Positions 1-15,025 of a stretch of 64,000 nt of DNA are shown here, piece by piece. The stretch is from NCBI RefSeq assembly GCF_009914755.1, contig NC_060934.1, one strand, 5' to 3'. Made by a program: the position numbers and the translations under genes. The notes beneath the pieces are model-generated. The model saw nothing but the letters and a program-made list of their open reading frames with translations. It was not told the origin of the DNA and ran no database searches. This stretch comes from the human T2T-CHM13v2.0 reference genome, Homo sapiens. The stretch's first letter is position 1. Every line of letters starts with the position of its first letter.

Positions 1-164
1 ATTGCTGGCTATCCCCAAGAGGCTTCTTGTCTTCCCAAGCCAAGTAAGAGCCTGCCTCTCCCCAGCTTCATTAATGTGAATGGTGGCAGACACCTCTAGC
101 TATAGAGCTCTGGTTTCCTCCTAAGTCCAAAAAGTATCATTCTCATACTTGAATAAAAATCACA

Positions 165-462
<298 letters not shown>

Positions 463-535
463 TCACAAAACTCTTATTATATTTACCAAATGAGTTATAA
501 CTTGTCATAAAATTACCTTTGGATTCTTACCTTAG

Positions 536-713
536 GATCGAAAGGACTCTGAAGAGTAAAGTGATGGAATGGCGACCTAAACACCCAACACATTGGAATC
601 GACAGTGTACTTTTATTTTGCGACAAATCCTTCCTAAGCTGGAATTTGGCATAGGAAGCTTTGTTTCATCTGAAGGAGATAATGAATTTGAAAGAATACT
701 ACAATTTTATTGG
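536..713 (+). CDS. CC2D2B: CC2D2B penultimate coding exon
   Basis: Acceptor CTTAG at 531-535, donor TGG|GTTTGT at 713/714. Encodes (R)IERTLKSKVMEWRPKHPTHWNRQCTFILRQILPKLE...LQFYW, recognisably paralogous to the CC2D2A C-terminal region. Joins in frame to the exon at 5129. Confidence 0.9.
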
Positions 714-855
714 GTTTGTATATGATTTAATGCATTAATGACATTTGTTTTATATATGTTGTTAATTGCTAAATAATAGCAGTCTTAAATATTTCTGAAA
801 GGCCTTTTATCTTGATCCTTAAAGATAGATGCTATAGCATTAAAATACACTTACT

Positions 856-2563
856 GAAGAATCAATATTGTTAAAATGTCCATACTACCCAAAGCAATCT
901 ACAGATTCAATGCAATCCCTATTAAAATACTAATGACATTCTTCACAGAAATAGAAAAAACAATCCTAAAATTTATGTGGAACCACAAAAGACTCAGAAT
1001 AGTCAAAGCTATCCTAAGCAAAAAAACCCACAAAACTGCATGAATCACATTACCTGACTTCAAATTATACTATAGAGCTTTAGTAACTAAAATAGTATGG
1101 TACTGGCATTAAAACATAGACCAATGGAACAGAATAGAGAACCCGGAAACAAATCCACACACCTAAGTGAACTCATTTTCAGCAAAGGCCCCAAGAACAT
1201 ACACTGGGGAAAATACAGTCTCTTCAATAAATGATGCTGGGAAAACTGGATATTCATATGCAGAAGAAGGAAACTAGGCCCCCATATGTCACTTTATGCA
1301 AAATCAAATCAAGCTGGACTAAAGAGTTAGTTTAAGGCCTCAAACTATGAAATTGCTACAAGAAAACATTGGGGAATGCCTCCAGGACATTGGTCTGAGC
1401 AAAAATTTCTTGAGTAATACCCCACAAGCACAGGCAACCAAAGAAAAAATGGACAAATGGGATCACATCAAGTTAAAAACCTTCGGCACAGCAAAGGAAG
1501 CAATCAACAAAGTGAAAAGACTGAGAGAAAATATTCGGAAACTACCAATCTGACAAGGGATTAATAACCAGAATATATAAGGGGCCCAAACAACTATAAG
1601 AAAAAAATACAATAATCTGATTTTTTAAATGGGCAAAAGACTTGAATAGACATTTTTCAAAAGAAGACATACAATTGACAAACAGGCATATGAAAAGGTG
1701 CTCAACATCATTGATCATCAGAGAAATGCAAATCAAAACTAAATAAGGTATCATCTCACCCCAATTAAAATGACTTTTATTCAAAAGACAGACAATAACA
1801 AATGCTGGAGAGGATGTGGAGAAAAGGAAACCTTTGTACACCGTTAGTGGGAATGTAAATTAGTACAACCACTATCGAGAATAGTTTAGAGGTTCCTCAA
1901 AAAACTAAAAATAGAGCTACCATAGGATCCAGCAATCCCACTGCTGGGTATATACCCAAAAGAAAGGACATCAGTATATTGAAGACATGCCTGCACTCCC
2001 ATGTTTGTTGCAGCACTGTTCACAAGAGCCAAGATTTGCAAGCAACCTAAGTGTCCATCAATAGATGAACGGATAAGGAAAATGTGGTGGATATACACAA
2101 TGTAGTACAGTTCAGCCATAGAAAGGATGAGATCCTGTCATTTGCATCAACATGGATGGAACTGGAGGTCATTATGTTAAGTGAAATTAGATAGGCACAG
2201 AAAGACAAACATCACATGTTCTCACTTATTTGTGGGATCTAAAAAGCAAAACAATCAAACTCATGGAGATAGAGAGTAGAAGCTTACCAGAGGCTGGGAA
2301 GGGGAGTGGGAGTTCAGAGGGAGGTGGGGAATGGGTAATGGATACAAAAAATAGAATGAATAAGACCTAGTATTTGATAGCACAACAGGGTAACTATAGT
2401 CAATCATAATTTAATTGTACATTTAAAAATAACTAAAAGTGTATAATTGAATTGTTTATAACACAAAGGATAAATGCTTGGGGGGATGAATAGCCCATTT
2501 TCCATTATGTGACTACTATGCATTGCATCATTGCATGCCCATATCAAAATATCTTTTCATGTA

Positions 2564-2615
<52 letters not shown>

Positions 2616-2663
2616 GTATATCTATATATGTACTATGTGCCCACAAAAATTAAAAATTTTTAA
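856..2663 (+). mobile_element. L1 LINE 3' fragment (ORF2 C-terminus + 3' UTR, L1MA-type)
   Basis: Typical L1 ORF2 sequence (ATCAATATTGTTAAAATGTCCATACTACCCAAAGCAATCTACAGATTC...), degenerate frames (ORF 1347-1553), L1MA-like 3' end. Confidence 0.9.
2566..2629. repeat. (TA)n microsatellite
   Basis: Run of TA dinucleotides with a few interruptions. Confidence 0.95.
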
Positions 2664-2921
2664 AAATGCATTTACTTATAAACCAAGAAACTTCAAATGT
2701 GTTGAAGAATTATTACTAGGACCATGTTGCATGGCATTAACTTGGAACCAGTTATATGTTTTATGATGTATAAATTACAGGTTTTGCAAAGAGATGTCCA
2801 AAAGGAAACCACTCTGCAACTAAAAAACTAAGAAAAACCTCTAGTAGTAGATCAATTCCCTGTTATTTGTTCTGGGCAAGAGGACTCCAGGCAAGCTTCA
2901 ATATCTTCTACATGCAAATTA

Positions 2922-3508
<587 letters not shown>

Positions 3509-3909
3509 TACTTCCAAATTTATACATTCAGCCAGGCCACTGACATCTTTTTGGATGGTAAAAAGACATCTCAAACTCAGCAAGTCCATAAACAAACATG
3601 GTGGGCATCTAGTATATTGTTAGGGTGCTCCTTTCCTTCTCCTACTCTACCCCAAGCTCTGGGCATCCTTTCACCTCTTCTTCCCTATAAACTGGCCCAG
3701 TGGGTTTTTGAAAACCTCAGCCTCCCAAGAGTGAGACTCCTTCCCCTTACCATGCAATAGACTAGAGGGTGTCTGCTAGGGAACTCTCTGAGATGAAGTA
3801 AGGAATCTATTGGGAGTTGAGTACTTAGGTGGGGAGGGAGGGATCTACAGGCACTATTCACTCATGAATAGGGAGGAAGTTGTTTTTGCTTTGCTTTGCT
3901 TTATTTTAA

Positions 3910-4040
3910 AGCTTATAAACAATAGAAATTTATTTCTCATGGTTCTGGAAGCTGGGAATTCCAAGATCAAAGTGCTGGCAGAAAAGGGGTTCTTGTATAT
4001 ATAATACACCTTCTTGCTGTTTCCTCATATGGTAAAAGAA
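3910..4040. mobile_element. MaLR LTR fragment (MLT1-like)
   Basis: AGAAATTTATTTCTCATGGTTCTGGAAGCTGGGAATTCCAAGATCAAAGTGCTGGCAG matches the MLT1 core motif. Confidence 0.65.
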
Positions 4041-5128
4041 GTAAGGTAGGTTTTGCTTTGTTTTTAGTAGAATTAGGAGATAAACAGATAATAAAGCATA
4101 GTTAAATATAAGCCAAGGTTTAAAATGTGGAGTACCTATGTAAAATAATCAATTTAGTAATACATAGTCTACAATAAAACTGGACTAAACCCTGCAGCCC
4201 ATGCTCAAATCCTAGTTTAACTACTCAGTAGCTTTGACCTAGGGCAAGTGACCGAATCTCTCTATACCCTCTACTCCATTAGAAAACAGGAATTTTTTTA
4301 AAAAAGTTATCATTTTATCATTGTCTTGAGGATTATGTGAGTTAATAATTACCATGGCACCCAACACCTAGTAAGTATTTAGTAAATGCTATCTATTTTT
4401 TTTCTTCTATGTGCCAGGCATTATGCTGGACACTGGAGTTATAGTAGTACACAGGACAGATACAGTCTTGTACATCTGCAGAGATTATGGGTTAGTTAGA
4501 GAGAGACCAGAAAACAGGTAATTGCAACATATTTTATTAAGTAAGCTCAAGGAAGGACAGTGTGCTACACAACTACATGGGAAGAGCGTGTGAACAGATT
4601 TAAGGATCAGGAAAATCCTCCTGAGCTAAGCAATTACAGTGTGAAAGAATGGTTGTCATCTATGTATTATTAAACAGGTAATTTTCCATGGGACCATGTT
4701 CCACAATCCTTTAATCCCATCACATAGTAGTCACTTAATAAACATAAACTGAATCGATGTTGAATAAATTGTTCTGAAATTCTCACTTAAATCCCCCATA
4801 TGTAGAATCAAGTAATTTTCTCACCAGCAGTTTGCTCTCTAGAAAGTTTGTGGAATGTTACATGTGCAGGCTTTGGACTCAGACCTGGTTGTGCTCCTAT
4901 CTGTAAAGTAAGGATTATAGTAATACCTACCTCATAGGGTTGTTTGAGGATTAAATATGTATGTGAAGCATTTAGCTGTACCTAGAACATAATTTGGCAC
5001 CCACAGACAACTATTATAGTATTTTATGAGTACTATTTCTTTGAGGCTTTTGTGATCTTTTTGCATACAGTAATTCCAGATTACCCAGTTGTAATGTGGG
5101 TTTATGTGCTGTTCTGTCTTTGATCCAG

Positions 5129-5317
5129 GTCACGGGATTTCCCATCCAGATGCCATACATTGATGTACAGTCAATTATTGATGCTGTTTATCAAACTGGA
5201 ATTCACTCTGCTGAATTTCCCCAGACAGAATTTGCTTTAGCTGTATACATTCACCCATACCCAAACAACATATTATCTGTGTGGGTCTATTTGGCTTCCT
5301 TAGTTCAACATCAATGA
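5129..5317 (+). CDS. CC2D2B: CC2D2B terminal coding exon
   Basis: Acceptor TCTGTCTTTGATCCAG|G. Encodes [62 protein letters not shown], which carries the CC2D2A/CC2D2B C-terminal motif [12 protein letters not shown]. Confidence 0.92.
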   Translation, partial: VTGFPIQMPYIDVQSIIDAVYQTGIHSAEFPQTEFALAVYIHPYPNNILSVWVYLASLVQHQ

Positions 5318-5627
5318 AAAGGAAGCAGAGCAAAGTAAAAGATTGTACTATAGTCCTCTAGTACCAACAAAAACTTTTCTGGTACCTTGAGATTTTGCTG
5401 TTTATTCTCAAGTCCAGCTAAGTGCTGGGCCCAATTTTTGATTCACTTACAGAGCTGGGCACTATGGAGACTCGCACCCCTGAGTGAGTCTTTGAGGAGG
5501 AGTCTAGATGAGCTTCTCACCAGAGACCTCTCCAGGAAGGACCTTTGGATAGTCTGGCTTTCTTGGGTCACTGTCTGCAGTAGGTCTTATTCTGGGAAAG
5601 AAGCAATTTTGGCCTCTTCTCCTAAGA

Positions 5628-5803
5628 CCAATGTTTCTCAAATTGTAGAATTCACACCACCTCCATTTGAATCATCTGGAGAGCCTTGTTGAAAATGCAG
5701 ATTACTAGATCCTCCTCAAGACCCACTGAATCAGCACCTCTGGGAGTGAAGCTACAGACTCTGCATTATTTTCAACAAGCTCCCCAGATAATTCTGATGC
5801 ACT
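5628..5803. mobile_element. MER5-type hAT-Charlie element in CC2D2B 3' UTR
   Basis: GAATCATCTGGAGAGCCTTGTTGAAAATGCAGATT...CTGCATT...AACAAGCTCCCCAGATAATTCTGATGCAC. Confidence 0.7.
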
Positions 5804-5963
5804 GTTATGAGGGAGAGCCCAGCCTTATAGAATGTTGTCACTACTAAACTAAGGCTGGTACGTTTGATGCTGGGTCTGATACAATTTCAGATGGAAGCTG
5901 CTCGAGTGGAAAACTAAGGTCATTGCCTCTCATGGATAAAATGTTATTTCACTGGTAAAGAAA

Positions 5964-5974
5964 AATAAAATAAA
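5964..5974 (+). terminator. CC2D2B: CC2D2B proximal polyadenylation signal (tandem AATAAA)
   Basis: AATAAA at 5964-5969 and 5969-5974, ~650 nt after the stop codon. A possible distal ATTAAA lies at 7032-7037. Confidence 0.65.
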
Positions 5975-7626
5975 ATCTACCATGTTGGGCTGATGTTGGC
6001 TTCTGGAAGCTTCTCAAAAGTTTGCACTTTGGATGCTACTGACATGAAATTCTTACAGCTCCATGTATTTGGAAGGAACTCCCAGGAAACTCTAATTTCT
6101 CCCAATTCTGTGAGGGAGGAAATGGTCTTGACAAATCTCAGGACTCTTTTTTTCCTTAGTGAGCAGCCCCCAACTCTGCCTCTGGCACTTTTTGCTGCTT
6201 TTCTTTCTTAGTAGTGGCTTATCTAGATCCTAAGAGCCCCTCAAGAAAGACTGGACAGGGGTCTAAGTAGGAAGCACTATACTTTCTTCTAGTTTATTGT
6301 TTTGTCCTTCATTAAAAGAAATGTGTTTATATAATTTACTTACATATGACAAAATAACTTATCAAAAAGAAATAATCAAGGAGTATGGATTTCCAAAGGT
6401 TGACCAGAGCAGTTTTGTATGAGGTAAAGATAAAAGAACATTCACCTCTCCCATTGAAGAACCACTGAGGTTTCTTGGTTCACTCCCACAAGCAGAGAGC
6501 AGAGACCCCAAATGTATCTGCAGGGAATACCCAATCTGTATCTGTTTCCTAAATGTGCATGGGCTGGTGCCAGAAAAGGCCTCACTTATTTGTGGTGATG
6601 TTAGTCTTGGACCAAGCTTGAGATTACTAGAAGAGGCAAAGTAGGGACATGGGTGAAGGAATGTTTTTTTCTCCCAGGTTAAAACCTAACTGTATGTGTC
6701 TTGTGGCATGCATAAGAAAACTGATCAGAATTTTTACTTTTATTTGAATGTTTTTGTTTAAATTTAATGTGAAGTTTTATTATTAAACAAGTCCCCCACT
6801 TTGATTGATTTAGCACAAAATGATGCTGATGGAAAGATGAGGATGCCAAAGACAGACTGAATTCATGCAACTCATTTCTGTACAGCTTTGAATATTTACA
6901 TAGCTATTTTATTTGTTGTTCAGGGTTTTTAGAATTGATAGACTGCTTAAGAGTAGGGTAGCAAGTGTTCATAGGAAAGCATGGAGGACCTTTTTATATT
7001 GTATCCTTTTTACATGAGTGTTACTTTTTCAATTAAATTTTTTCCTGAAAATCATGAAATTATCTGTAATGAATCTTTTTTTCATGAAAACATTTGAAAA
7101 ATACATGATTTTAAGTGGAATGTATAATTGCAAAGTTCTTTATATCATTCCATAAATAATTACAGGGCATCCATTACATGCCAGATACTGTGTATTATCT
7201 ATTTAATAATGTGCTGGAGCACAGTGGTGAAAAGACAAAGACTCTACCAGTGTGAGTCTTACATTTTTAAAGGGGAAACAAACCACAGCAAGTAAGTGAG
7301 AAGATTTCAGGGTGTGATGAGTGCTCTAAAGGAAACAAATAGGATGGGATGATAGAGAAGGACTTTGGTGGGGATGAAGGGTATAAGCAGAGCAGTCAGG
7401 GAAGGCCTAAGGAGATAACATTTAAGCTGATATTTTAAAAATGATTTAACATTAGAATTGCATTCAGTTGCGTGTAACAGAAACCTAACCACAGTAGCTT
7501 AACCAAATAGGGATTATTTTTCACATGTCTCCAAGTCCAGAGGAGGCAGTCCAAGTTTGGTGCAAGAGGCCTACTAACTTCATCCAATTTCTTTGCGATC
7601 TCTAAAGAGACTTCTATTTTCTAGCC

Positions 7627-7813
7627 CAGTGGCTTTCAAATTTCAGCAGGTATAAAAATCACCTGAAGGGCTTGTTGAAACACAGATTGCTGGGCCCCAC
7701 CCCCAGGGTTTCTGATTCAGAAATTATCAGGGTGATGCCTGATAATTTGCACATGTAAGTTCCCTGGTGATGCTGAGACGGCTGATCTGGGGACCACACT
7801 TTGAGAACCTCAG
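7627..7813. mobile_element. MER5A hAT element
   Basis: CAGTGGCTTTCAAA...CACACTTTGAGAACCTCAG termini; 8-bp TSD TTCTAGCC/TTCTAGCT. Confidence 0.85.
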
Positions 7814-8967
7814 TTCTAGCTTCACAACCATTTTCATGGCTTAAAAATGTAGAAAAGGAAGGGGAAGACAGACGATGCCAACTGGTTCCATTCTTTTAAG
7901 AAAGCTTGCCAAGAAGCCATGCCAGTAACTTCTACTTATATCCCTTTGGCCAGAACTGTATCACTCCTAGCCATAAGGGAGCCTGGGAGATCAAGTATTT
8001 TAAATGGACATATTGCTCTCCCAACTAAAGTCAGTATCCTATTGGTAAGGAAGGAGGAGAGGGTGGCTGTTGGGTAGGCAAATCAGAGTCTGCCACAGAT
8101 GAGAGGAAGCCAGTCATGCAAAGACCAGTGGCAAAAAGCATTTGAGGTAGAGGGAACTGCAACTGTGAAGTCCTTCTGTCCAAAAAGAGACTTGCCTGGG
8201 GAAGGGAGAGTAGTAGCACATAAGTCTGGAGAGGTAGATAGGACCAGATCACGTAGGTCTTGGTAAAGAGTTTGGATTTTATTTACAGTGCAACAGGAAA
8301 TCATTGAAAAGTTTTAAGCAACTGAATAAAATAATATTTTTCTTTTTTATATTTGAAATTACTTTAAAAACTATTTTTTACAGATACTCATTATTTTATA
8401 TAAGTGCATAAATGTCATCATGTTTTTTGAAATGCAGGTTTTTTCTTTTTTTCGCTTGAGTCTCTGTCCACTGCTCTCCTCTCCCCACCCACATTGTTCA
8501 CTTCTTCTACCTTCTTACCAACCATGTTGCATGTATCCTTTCACTTCACCAACATTCTCAAATATTCATATGCCAACACACACACACATGCACATATATG
8601 CATCTGTTACTGTCTTAGAAAAATGAGATGACATATGTTTTTCTGCATATTGTTTTTTTCCTTCAAAAATAGTAAAACACCTCCAAGTGAACTATTCATG
8701 TTTCCTAAAGGATGCATAACATTCTACAGTGTGGGCAGGACCACTGCATACACTTAAGGAGGTTATGCACCACATGACTCGAAAGTTTATGTGCAAGGAC
8801 CCCTAGAGTTGTGTAGTATGTAGAAACCTTGGTTGTAAATGTTATTTATTACAGCTTATTCAAACCATTCCCCTACTGATGGGAATTTCTTTTAGTCCAT
8901 TTGGTTGACATGTTGTTTATTTTTCCTATATCCTTGCTACTTTTGTGTCTATGAGTTCTATTACTGA

Positions 8968-9255
<288 letters not shown>

Positions 9256-9497
9256 TAATGTATTTTAAGTTCTATTGTTAGATGGACACACATTTAGGAT
9301 TTATGTCTCCTTAATGAATTAACTCTTTTATCATTATACAATGTCCCTCTTTAGTCTCAGTAATTTTCTTTGCTCTGAAGTCTGTTTTGTCTGATGTTAA
9401 TGTAGCTACTCCAGCTTTCTTTTGATTAGGGTTTGTGTGGTATACATATTTTCATTTTTTTATTTTTAACATACCTATATAATTATAGTTGAAATGA

Positions 9498-9825
<328 letters not shown>

Positions 9826-10559
9826 TATGATATTTTTTATACCCTCTGATAATCTTTTTTAATTGGTGTGTTTAGACAATTTACACTTAATGTAATTGTT
9901 GGTATGTTTGGACTTAGGTCTATCATTTCATTATTTGCATTTCATTTGCTCTGTTTCAGTTCCACTGTTTCCTCTTTCCTGCTTTCTCAGGTTATTTGAA
10001 CATTTCTTAGTATTTCATTTTAATGTATCTATTATATTTTTGACTATATGTTTTTGTATATATTTTTTAAGTTTTTCTAGGGATTATCCTAATACACATT
10101 TAACTTTTCACAGCCTACACAGAATCTACTTTTTACCACTTTTAAGTGGAATGTAGAAATCTTACCACATATTCTTTTGTACTTCTGCCTTTATGGTATA
10201 ATTGTCTAATATATTGTATCTGTTGAAGTATATGCTGAAAACACTAGAAGACAATGTTCACATTTTTGCTTTTAACCATCAAATGTATTTTAAAGAACTC
10301 AAGTGGAAAAGAATGTTTACCCAAACATTTATCACTCTGTTGTTCTTCCTTCATTCCTGATGTGCTAAGTTTCCTTCTGGTATTATTTCCCTTCTGTTTA
10401 AAAAATGTCCTTTAGCAATTCTTTTAGAGCAGGTTTACTGACAACAAGTCTTTGTTTTCTTTCATCTTCAAATGTCTTTAATTTCATTTCTGAATGATAT
10501 TTTTGCAGGATTAGAATTCTGGGCCTGACAGTTCTTTTCTCTCAGGACTTAAAAACAAA

Positions 10560-10901
10560 TTTCAACCTTTATTTTAGATTAAGGGGGCATATGTGTAGGT
10601 TTGTTACATGGATATATTGAATGATGCTGAGGTTGCAGATATGAATGAGCCCATCACTCAGGTAGTGAGGATAGTAACCAACAGTTAGTTTTTCAGTCCT
10701 TCCCCCCTTCTCTCCCTCCCTGCTCTAGTAGTACCCAGTGTCTATTGTTGCCATCTTTATGTCCATGAGTACCCAATGTTTTGCTCCCACTTGTGAGAAT
10801 GTGATATTTGATTTTCTGTTCCTGCATTAATTCACTTAGGATAATGGTCTCCAGCTACAACCATGTTGCTGCAGAGGACATGATTTCATTCTTTTCTGTG
10901 G
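10560..10901 (-). mobile_element. L1PA/PB 3' end fragment
   Basis: GTGTAGGTTTGTTACATGG...GCTCCCACTTGTGAGAATGTG...TTCCTGCATTAATTCACTTAGGATAATGG, the L1 3' UTR in antisense. Confidence 0.8.
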
Positions 10902-11005
10902 CACCTCAGCATTTAAAAAATTTTGTTCTATTTCTCTCTGGTCTTCTTGGTTTCTGGTGAGAGACCCACCATACGTTGAATTTTTCATTCTTCCCCTATA
11001 AGTAA

Positions 11006-11365
<360 letters not shown>

Positions 11366-12946
11366 TAGTTTTTAGCAGTTTTATTATGTGTGTGGGTATA
11401 GATTTCTTTGGGTTTATCCTTGTTAGCATCACCTGAGTTTCTGAATCTGTTTTTGTCTTTTCTCAAATTAGAGGAATTTTCAGCCATTATTCTCCCAAAT
11501 ATTTCTGTACCATATTCTTTCTCCTTTCCTTCAGAGACTCCAATGACATAAGCATTAGACCACTGGGTATTATCCCACAGGTCTCCAAGTCTCTGTTCAT
11601 TTGTTTCCAACTTTTTTTCAGGTTGTACTATTTCTATTGATCTACCTTGAAGTTCACTGACTACTCTGACATCTCCATTCTCCTAATGAGCCCATCCCAT
11701 GAGTGTTTTTAAGTTTTGTTTTTTTCTATCTTTTTAGTTATAAATTTTCCATCTAATTTCTTCTTTATGTATTCTATTTATTTGCTGAAACTTCTTATCT
11801 TTCCATTCATTTCAAGAAAGTTTTCTCTTCTTGGAGCATTACTATAATAGCTATTTTAAAGTCTTGTCAAATAATTCTCTGTCATCTTAGTGTTAGTGTT
11901 TGTTGATTGTCTTTCCCATGAGAATTGAGATTTGTTTTTGTTCTTCATAGGCTGAGTAATTTGGGTTGTATCCAGGGCAATTTGAATATGCTGTATGTTA
12001 GGAGATCTACGTCTTACTTAAATCTTTTGGAGAATGTTGATGTTTTTTGTTGTAGCCGGGAACCAATCTGGTTGAGTTCAGGCTGCAAGTTCTGGCTAGC
12101 CTTTTGTGGGTTGTGGTTTCGATGTCAGGTCCATTTTCAAAGTCTTTCTGTGCTACTCAGATCTGTCACATATGTGTGCTGCTTAGTGGCCAGCCACTGC
12201 TCTGGGCAGTTCTGAGTTTTTAGTCTTTTCAGAGTGGATCTATGTATGCACAACTCAGAGGTAAGCCCAGTTGTTCATAAGCACTTTGTGGGATCATTTT
12301 CCAAAGCTGCTCCTCCCTCTCCACAGTCTCCCCAGTACTTTTCAGTTCCCTGGGCCTCCCTTTTTCAGTTCTCCAGCCATAAAGCTGTGGTTTTTAGTTA
12401 CACCTCTTTGCCCACACTTCCCATTATTGTACCTCCATCCAGAGTAAGGCAGTGGGAAGACAAAGGAAAACAAACAACCACAGCTGTTCTGATCAGATAA
12501 GAGGCTTTCCTTTCCTAAGTTTTCGGCACCTGTTGGCCCCTATTACCACTGTTGTGGCTACCACCAATCTGCTGAAGAATGCCTGGGGGCTACAGCAGGA
12601 GAGAGAGAAAAGAAAGAAAAAATAAATAAATGGGAATTGCCTCACTCTGATCATTAGGAGACTCCTTTGCTGTTCCTTATAACAAAAGGGATTCTCCTAG
12701 GGCTCTCCCTTTCTGTGCCCTGGTGCCCATTTCTAGATTTCAGGCTTCCTGAATCCAAGCTGGGGAATCCTGGAGGAAGAAGGGGTAACTCACCACCAGT
12801 TTGGTGATATTTCAAATTAAGGTCTTCCTCCCCACTTGCCTGCTACTATTTACTTTACATTGTCTTCAAATAGCTGCTCATGCAGTCTGTCCAGATTTTA
12901 TAGTTACATTCGGTGGGAGAGACAGGGTGAAGCTGGCTTAATCCAT

Positions 12947-13524
12947 TGTGTTAGGGTTCTCCAGAGAAACAGAACCAACAGAATGTGCATGTGCATATGT
13001 GTGTATTTACCTATCTATCTGCATATATATGTGTGTATATGCATATACACAGAGATACAGATATATAAACTAAGGAATTATATCTATATCTATAGTTATA
13101 TATCTATATCTTACATGATCATAAAGGCTGAGGAGTCCCAAGATCTGCTGTCAGGAGCTGGAGACCAGGAGAGTTGACAGGTAATTCCAGTCTGAAAACC
13201 GGCAGGCTCAAGATGCAAGAAGAGCTGATGTTTCAGTTTGAGTCTGAAGGCCAGGAAAGACCTATGTCCCAGCTCAAATAAGTTGGGCAGCAGGAATTCT
13301 CTCTTCCTCGACAAAGGGTCAATCTTTTTATTCTATTCAGGCCTTAAACTGATTGGATGAGGACCACTCACATTAGGGAGGGCAATCCACTTTACTTACT
13401 CCATGATTCAAATGTTTATCACATCCAAAAACACTCTCACAGACACACCCAGAATAATATTTGACCAAATATCTGGCACCCAATCTTGGCCCAGTCAAGT
13501 TGACACATAAAATTAACTGTCACA
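12947..13524 (-). mobile_element. MLT2B-like ERVL solo LTR
   Basis: TGTGTTAGGGTTCTCCAGAGAAACAGAACC...GTTGACACATAAAATTAACTGTCACA; TG..CA ends; 5-bp TSD TCCAT/TTCAT. Confidence 0.85.
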
Positions 13525-14092
13525 TTCATCTTATCCAGAAATAGAATCTTATATAGCATTTTAAAATTTGGAATATTTTTCATAAATTACAGATTACAAA
13601 TATCTGTGATTACAAATACCTGGAACTAATTTTTTATAAAGTAGACTTAAAAACTATCCTTAACATTGTTCAATATGCTAAAACAGTTTGGAAATGTGAT
13701 CTAGGAACTCTTGACTATCAAGCTCAGATGTGATTTACCTTTTTATGACCACTCCAACTACTAGGTGATGAATATTTTCAAGAAGGACAGGAGTAGTTGC
13801 AATAAGACCAGTTAAGAGACTACTGTACAAGTGTAACTGAGAGATGGTGGATATGAATAGTAGTTGCAATGAGTTGAATACTACAAATAGCAACAAATCA
13901 AGAACAGAGAACCAGAGCCCAGGGCTGTTGGCTTCCAGGCCTTTGCATCCAGTAGAATATGCTGCTGCCATTAAAAGGAATCCTGGATGTCCTGTTATGG
14001 AATGTTCGCCGGAATATTCTGTATGACAAAATCTAGGTACACAACAGAGCATGTAACATACTACCATTTGTACATAAAATGAGGCAAGGGAG

Positions 14093-14096
<4 letters not shown>

Positions 14097-14132
<36 letters not shown>
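14097..14132. repeat. (AT)n microsatellite
   Basis: About 18 perfect AT units. Confidence 0.95.
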
Positions 14133-14136
<4 letters not shown>

Positions 14137-14720
14137 GGTTATAAATACCTGGATATCCCTGGAAGGCTACAAAAGAAAAGAGTAATGGTGTCACCTCTGG
14201 AAAAAACTGGGACCAGGGAGGGAAAGAAACTTGCTAGTCACTGTATAGTCTTCTATGGCTTGAAATCTTCTAGCTTTTTCATGCATTCATTTAAAAAACT
14301 TAAACAATTAAAAAATCAGTGCTTTTCCACGGTGTAAAGTTCTGTGAGTTACAGAAGATTTCCAGAGAATCTGGTCCCACCTCATCTCTTGTCAAATCTA
14401 CCTGTGCCTTATGCTGCAGTCACAAAGGACTCTGCAGTTTCCCTATTCTGCCCTTTATATAGATGTTCTGCCTTTTTTACTTCCATTCTTTCATACCATT
14501 GGTGATCAGTGCTTCCTTGACTTAGAACGTCTTTCCTATCTCCTCTTCACTCCAGACATACAGTGGCCTCTATTTTCATTCCAAACATGCCTTCACTTTA
14601 GAGTCTTTGCGTGTACCAATTCCCTCGGCCTGGAATGCTCAGCCACCTGATACGTACCTACTCTCTCACTTCCCTCAGGCCTTTGCATGCCTTACCTTAT
14701 CATGAAACAAAGTCCACCCA

Positions 14721-15025
<305 letters not shown>

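Noticed and set aside
1347-2119. ORFs resembling L1 ORF2 or its antisense frame
   Set aside because: Fragments of a truncated, frameshifted L1; not an active element
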